A stretch of DNA of 64,000 nt from Squalus acanthias (lineage: Eukaryota), in the NCBI GenBank assembly GCA_030390025.1, contig CM059440.1, forward strand, positions 23,002,001 through 23,066,000, read 5' to 3'. Positions within the stretch are counted from its first letter, which is position 1, and each line of letters opens with the position of its first letter. The translations under genes were made by a program, and so were the position numbers. The notes under the pieces are model-generated. The model did not search any database, was not told where the DNA came from, and saw only the letters and a list, made by a program, of their open reading frames with translations. This document shows positions 59,909 to 64,000 of this stretch, one piece after another.

Positions 59909-62900
59909 TGCAGTATTCCATCACTGGATAGATACAGGGCTGTAGTATTCAATCACTGGAGATACAGGACTGCAGTATTCAATCACTGGAGATACAGGAC
60001 TACAGTATTCCATTACTGGAGATACAGGACTGCAGTATTCAATCACTGAATAGATACAGGACTGCAGTATTCCATCACTGGAGATACAGGACTGCAGTAT
60101 TCCATCACTGGAGATACAGGACTGCAGTATTCCATCACTGAATAGATACAGGACTGCAGTATTCCATCACTGGAGATACAGGACTGCAGTATTCAATCAC
60201 TGGAGATACAGGACTGCAGTATTCAATCACTGGATAGATACAGGACTGCAGTATTCTATCACTGGAGATACAGGACTGCAGTATTCTATCACTGAATAGA
60301 TACAGGACTGCAGTATTCCATCACTGAATAGATACAGGACTGCAGTATTCAATCACTGGATAGATACAGGACTGCAGTATTCAATCACTGGATAGATACA
60401 GGAGAGTGTATTTCATCACTGAATAGATACAGGACTGCAGTATTCCATCACTGAATAGATACAGGACTGCAGTATTCAATCACTGGATAGATACAGGACT
60501 GCAGTATTCTATCACTGGGAAGATTCAGGATTGCAGTATTCTATCACTGGATAGATACAGGACTGCAGTATTCCATCACTGGAGATACAGGACTGCAGTA
60601 TTCAATCACTGGATAGATACAGGACAGTGTATTTCATCACTGAATAGATACAGGACTGCAGTATTCTATCACTGGGTAGATACAGGACTGCAGTATTCAA
60701 TCACTGGATAGATACAGGACTGCAGTATTCTATCACTGGGTAGATACAGGACTGTAGTATTCAATCACTGGGTAGATACAGGACTGCAGTATTCAATCAC
60801 TGAATAGATACAGGACTGCAGTATTCTATCACTGAATAGATACAGGACTGCAGTATTCCATCACTGAATAGATACAGGACTGCAGTATTCTATCACTGAA
60901 TAGATACAGGACTGCAGTATTCTATCACTGAATAGATACAGGACTGCAGTATTCCATCACTGAATAGATACAGGACTGCAGTATTCTATCACTGATTAGA
61001 TACAGGACTGCAGTATTCAATCACTGGATTGATACAGGACTGCAGTATTCTATCACTGGGTAGATACAGGACTGTAGTATTCAATCACTGGGTAGATACA
61101 GGACTGCAGTATTCAATCACTGAATAGATACAGGACTGCAGTATTCTATCACTGAATAGATACAGGACTGCAGTATTCTATCACTGAATAGATACAGGAC
61201 TGCAGTATTCTATCACTGAATAGATACAGGACTGCAGTATTCCATCACTGAATAGATACAGGACTGCAGTATTCTATCACTGAATAGATACAGGACTGCA
61301 GTATTCTATCACTGAATAGATACAGGACTGCAGTATTCTATCACTGAATAGATACAGGACTGCAGTATTCCATCACTGAATAGATACAGGACTGCAGTAT
61401 TCTATCACTGAATAGATACAGGACTGCAGTATTCCATCACTGGAGATACAGGACTGCCGTATTCCATCACTGGATAGATACAGGACTGCAGTATTCCTTC
61501 ACTGAATAGATACAGGACTGCAGTATTCCATCACTGGAGATACAGGACTGCAGTATTCCATCACTGGATAGATACAGGACTGCAGTATTCCATCACTGAA
61601 TAGATACAGGACTGCAGTAATCCATCACTGAATAGATACAGGACTGCAGTATTCCATCACTGAATAGATACAGGACTGCAGTAATCCATCACTGAATAGA
61701 TACAGGACTGCAGTATTCAATCACTGAATAAATACAGGACTGCAGTATTCAATCACTGAATAGATACAGGACTGCAGTATTCCATCACTGGAGATACAGG
61801 ACTGCAGTATTCCATCACTGGAGATACAGGACTGCAGTAGTCAATCACTGAATAGATACAGGACTGCAGTATTCAATCACTGGATAGATACAGGACTGCA
61901 GTATTCTATCACAGGATAGATACAGGACTGCAGTATTCAATCACTGGATAGATACAGGACTGCAGTATTCAATCACTGGATAGATACAGGACTGCAGTAT
62001 TCAATTACTGAATAGATACAGGACTGCAGTATTCAATCACTGGATAGATACAGGACTGCAGTATTCAATCACTGGATAGATACAGGACTGCAGTATTCCA
62101 TCACTGGAGATACAGGACTGCAGTATTCCATCACTGGAGATACAGGACTGCAGTATTCAATCACTGGATAGATACAGGACTGCAGTATTCTATCACTGGA
62201 GATACAGGACTGCCGTATTCCATCACTGAATAGATACAGGACTGCAGTATTCCATCACTGGAGATACAGGACTGCAGTAGTCAATCACTGAATAGATACA
62301 GGACTGCAGTATTCAATCACTGAATAGATACAGGACTGCAGTATTCAATCACTGGAGATACAGGACTACAGTATTCCATTACTGGAGATACAGGACTGCA
62401 GTATTCAATCACTGAATAGATACAGGACTGCAGTATTCCATCACTGGAGATACAGGACTGCAGTATTCCATCACTGGAGATACAGGACTGCAGTATTCCA
62501 TCACTGGAGATACAGGACTGCAGTATTCCATCACTGAATAGATACAGGACTGCAGTATTCCATCACTGGAGATACAGGACTGCAGTATTCAATCACTGGA
62601 GATACAGGACTGCAGTATTCAATCACTGGATAGATACAGGACTGCAGTATTCTATCACTGGAGATACAGGACTGCAGTATTCTATCACTGAATAGATACA
62701 GGACTGCAGTATTCCATCACTGAATAGATACAGGACTGCAGTATTCAATCACTGGATAGATACAGGACTGCAGTATTCAATCACTGGATAGATACAGGAG
62801 AGTGTATTTCATCACTGAATAGATACAGGACTGCAGTATTCCATCACTGAATAGATACAGGACTGTAGTATTCAATCACTGGATAGATACAGGACTGCAG

Positions 62901-64000
62901 TATTCTATCACTGGGAAGATTCAGGATTGCAGTATTCTATCACTGGATAGATACAGGACTGCAGTATTCCATCACTGGAGATACAGGACTGCAGTATTCA
63001 ATCACTGGATAGATACAGGACAGTGTATTTCATCACTGAATAGATACAGGACTGCAGTATTCTATCACTGGGTAGATACAGGACTGCAGTATTCAATCAC
63101 TGGATAGATACAGGACTGCAGTATTCTATCACTGGGTAGATACAGGACTGTAGTATTCAATCACTGGGTAGATACAGGACTGCAGTATTCAATCACTGAA
63201 TAGATACAGGACTGCAGTATTCTATCACTGAATAGATACAGGACTGCAGTATTCCATCACTGAATAGATACAGGACTGCAGTATTCTATCACTGAATAGA
63301 TACAGGACTGCAGTATTCTATCACTGAATAGATACAGGACTGCAGTATTCCATCACTGAATAGAAACAGGACTGCAGTATTCTATCACTGGGTAGATACA
63401 GGACTGCAGTATTCAATCACTGGATTGATACAGGACTGCAGTATTCTATCACTGGGTAGATACAGGACTGTAGTATTCAATCACTGGGTAGATACAGGAC
63501 TGCAGTATTCAATCACTGAATAGATACAGGACTGCAGTATTCTATCACTGAATAGATACAGGACTGCAGTATTCTATCACTGAATAGATACAGGACTGCA
63601 GTATTCTATCACTGAATAGATACAGGACTGCAGTATTCCATCACTGAATAGATACAGGACTGCAGTATTCTATCACTGAATAGATACAGGACTGCAGTAT
63701 TCTATCACTGAATAGATACAGGACTGCAGTATTCTATCACTGAATAGATACAGGACTGCAGTATTTCATCACTGAATAGATACAGGACTGCAGTATTCTA
63801 TCACTGAATAGATACAGGACTGCAGTATTCCATCACTGGAGATACAGGACTGCCGTATTCAATCACTGGAGATACAGGACTGCAGTATTCCATCACTGAA
63901 TAGATACAGGACTGCAGTATTCCATCACTGGAGATACAGGACTGCCGTATTCAATCACTGGAGATACAGGACTGCAGTATTCCATCACTGAATAGATACA

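Larger units (their letters stand above)
52850..64000. repeat. 30/32-bp tandem satellite running off the window end, interrupted by an LTR element
   Basis: Units GATACAGGACTGCAGTATTC(C/A/T)ATCACTGAATA (32 bp) and ..ATCACTGGA (30 bp); each holds the palindrome ACTGCAGT. Confidence 0.98.

Noticed and set aside
52850-64000. CRISPR-like array of 30-32-bp palindrome-containing repeats
   Set aside because: Units are head-to-tail with no unique spacers, there are no cas genes and the context is eukaryotic; it is a satellite

Overview
Eukaryotic, repeat-dense vertebrate DNA. The repeat families (Deu-type SINEs, CR1/L2 LINEs, Penelope remnants, PIF/Harbinger elements) look like a cartilaginous fish; this is an inference. 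The only host gene I can support is a two-coding-exon TMEM88B-like gene (+; 6933-7208 and 46683-46952; 181 aa) with a 39.5 kb intron full of transposons. That intron holds a full-length 4.2 kb PIF/Harbinger transposon (29719-33922, TTA TSD) inside a CR1 LINE, with an intact DDE transposase and a convergent spliced Myb/SANT gene, plus MITE relatives. Two Penelope-like remnants carry minimal hammerhead ribozyme motifs. From about 52.85 kb to the end lies a 30/32-bp tandem satellite interrupted by a young, intact Ty3/Gypsy element (55342-59908). The most unusual object is this retrotransposon. It has no tRNA primer-binding site but an 11-nt segment exactly complementary to its own LTR over the poly(A) signal. 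It also has a YLDN RT active site, an in-frame CR1 tail inside gag, and a duplicated PPT/U3 fragment. All alignments were done by eye; no searches were run.
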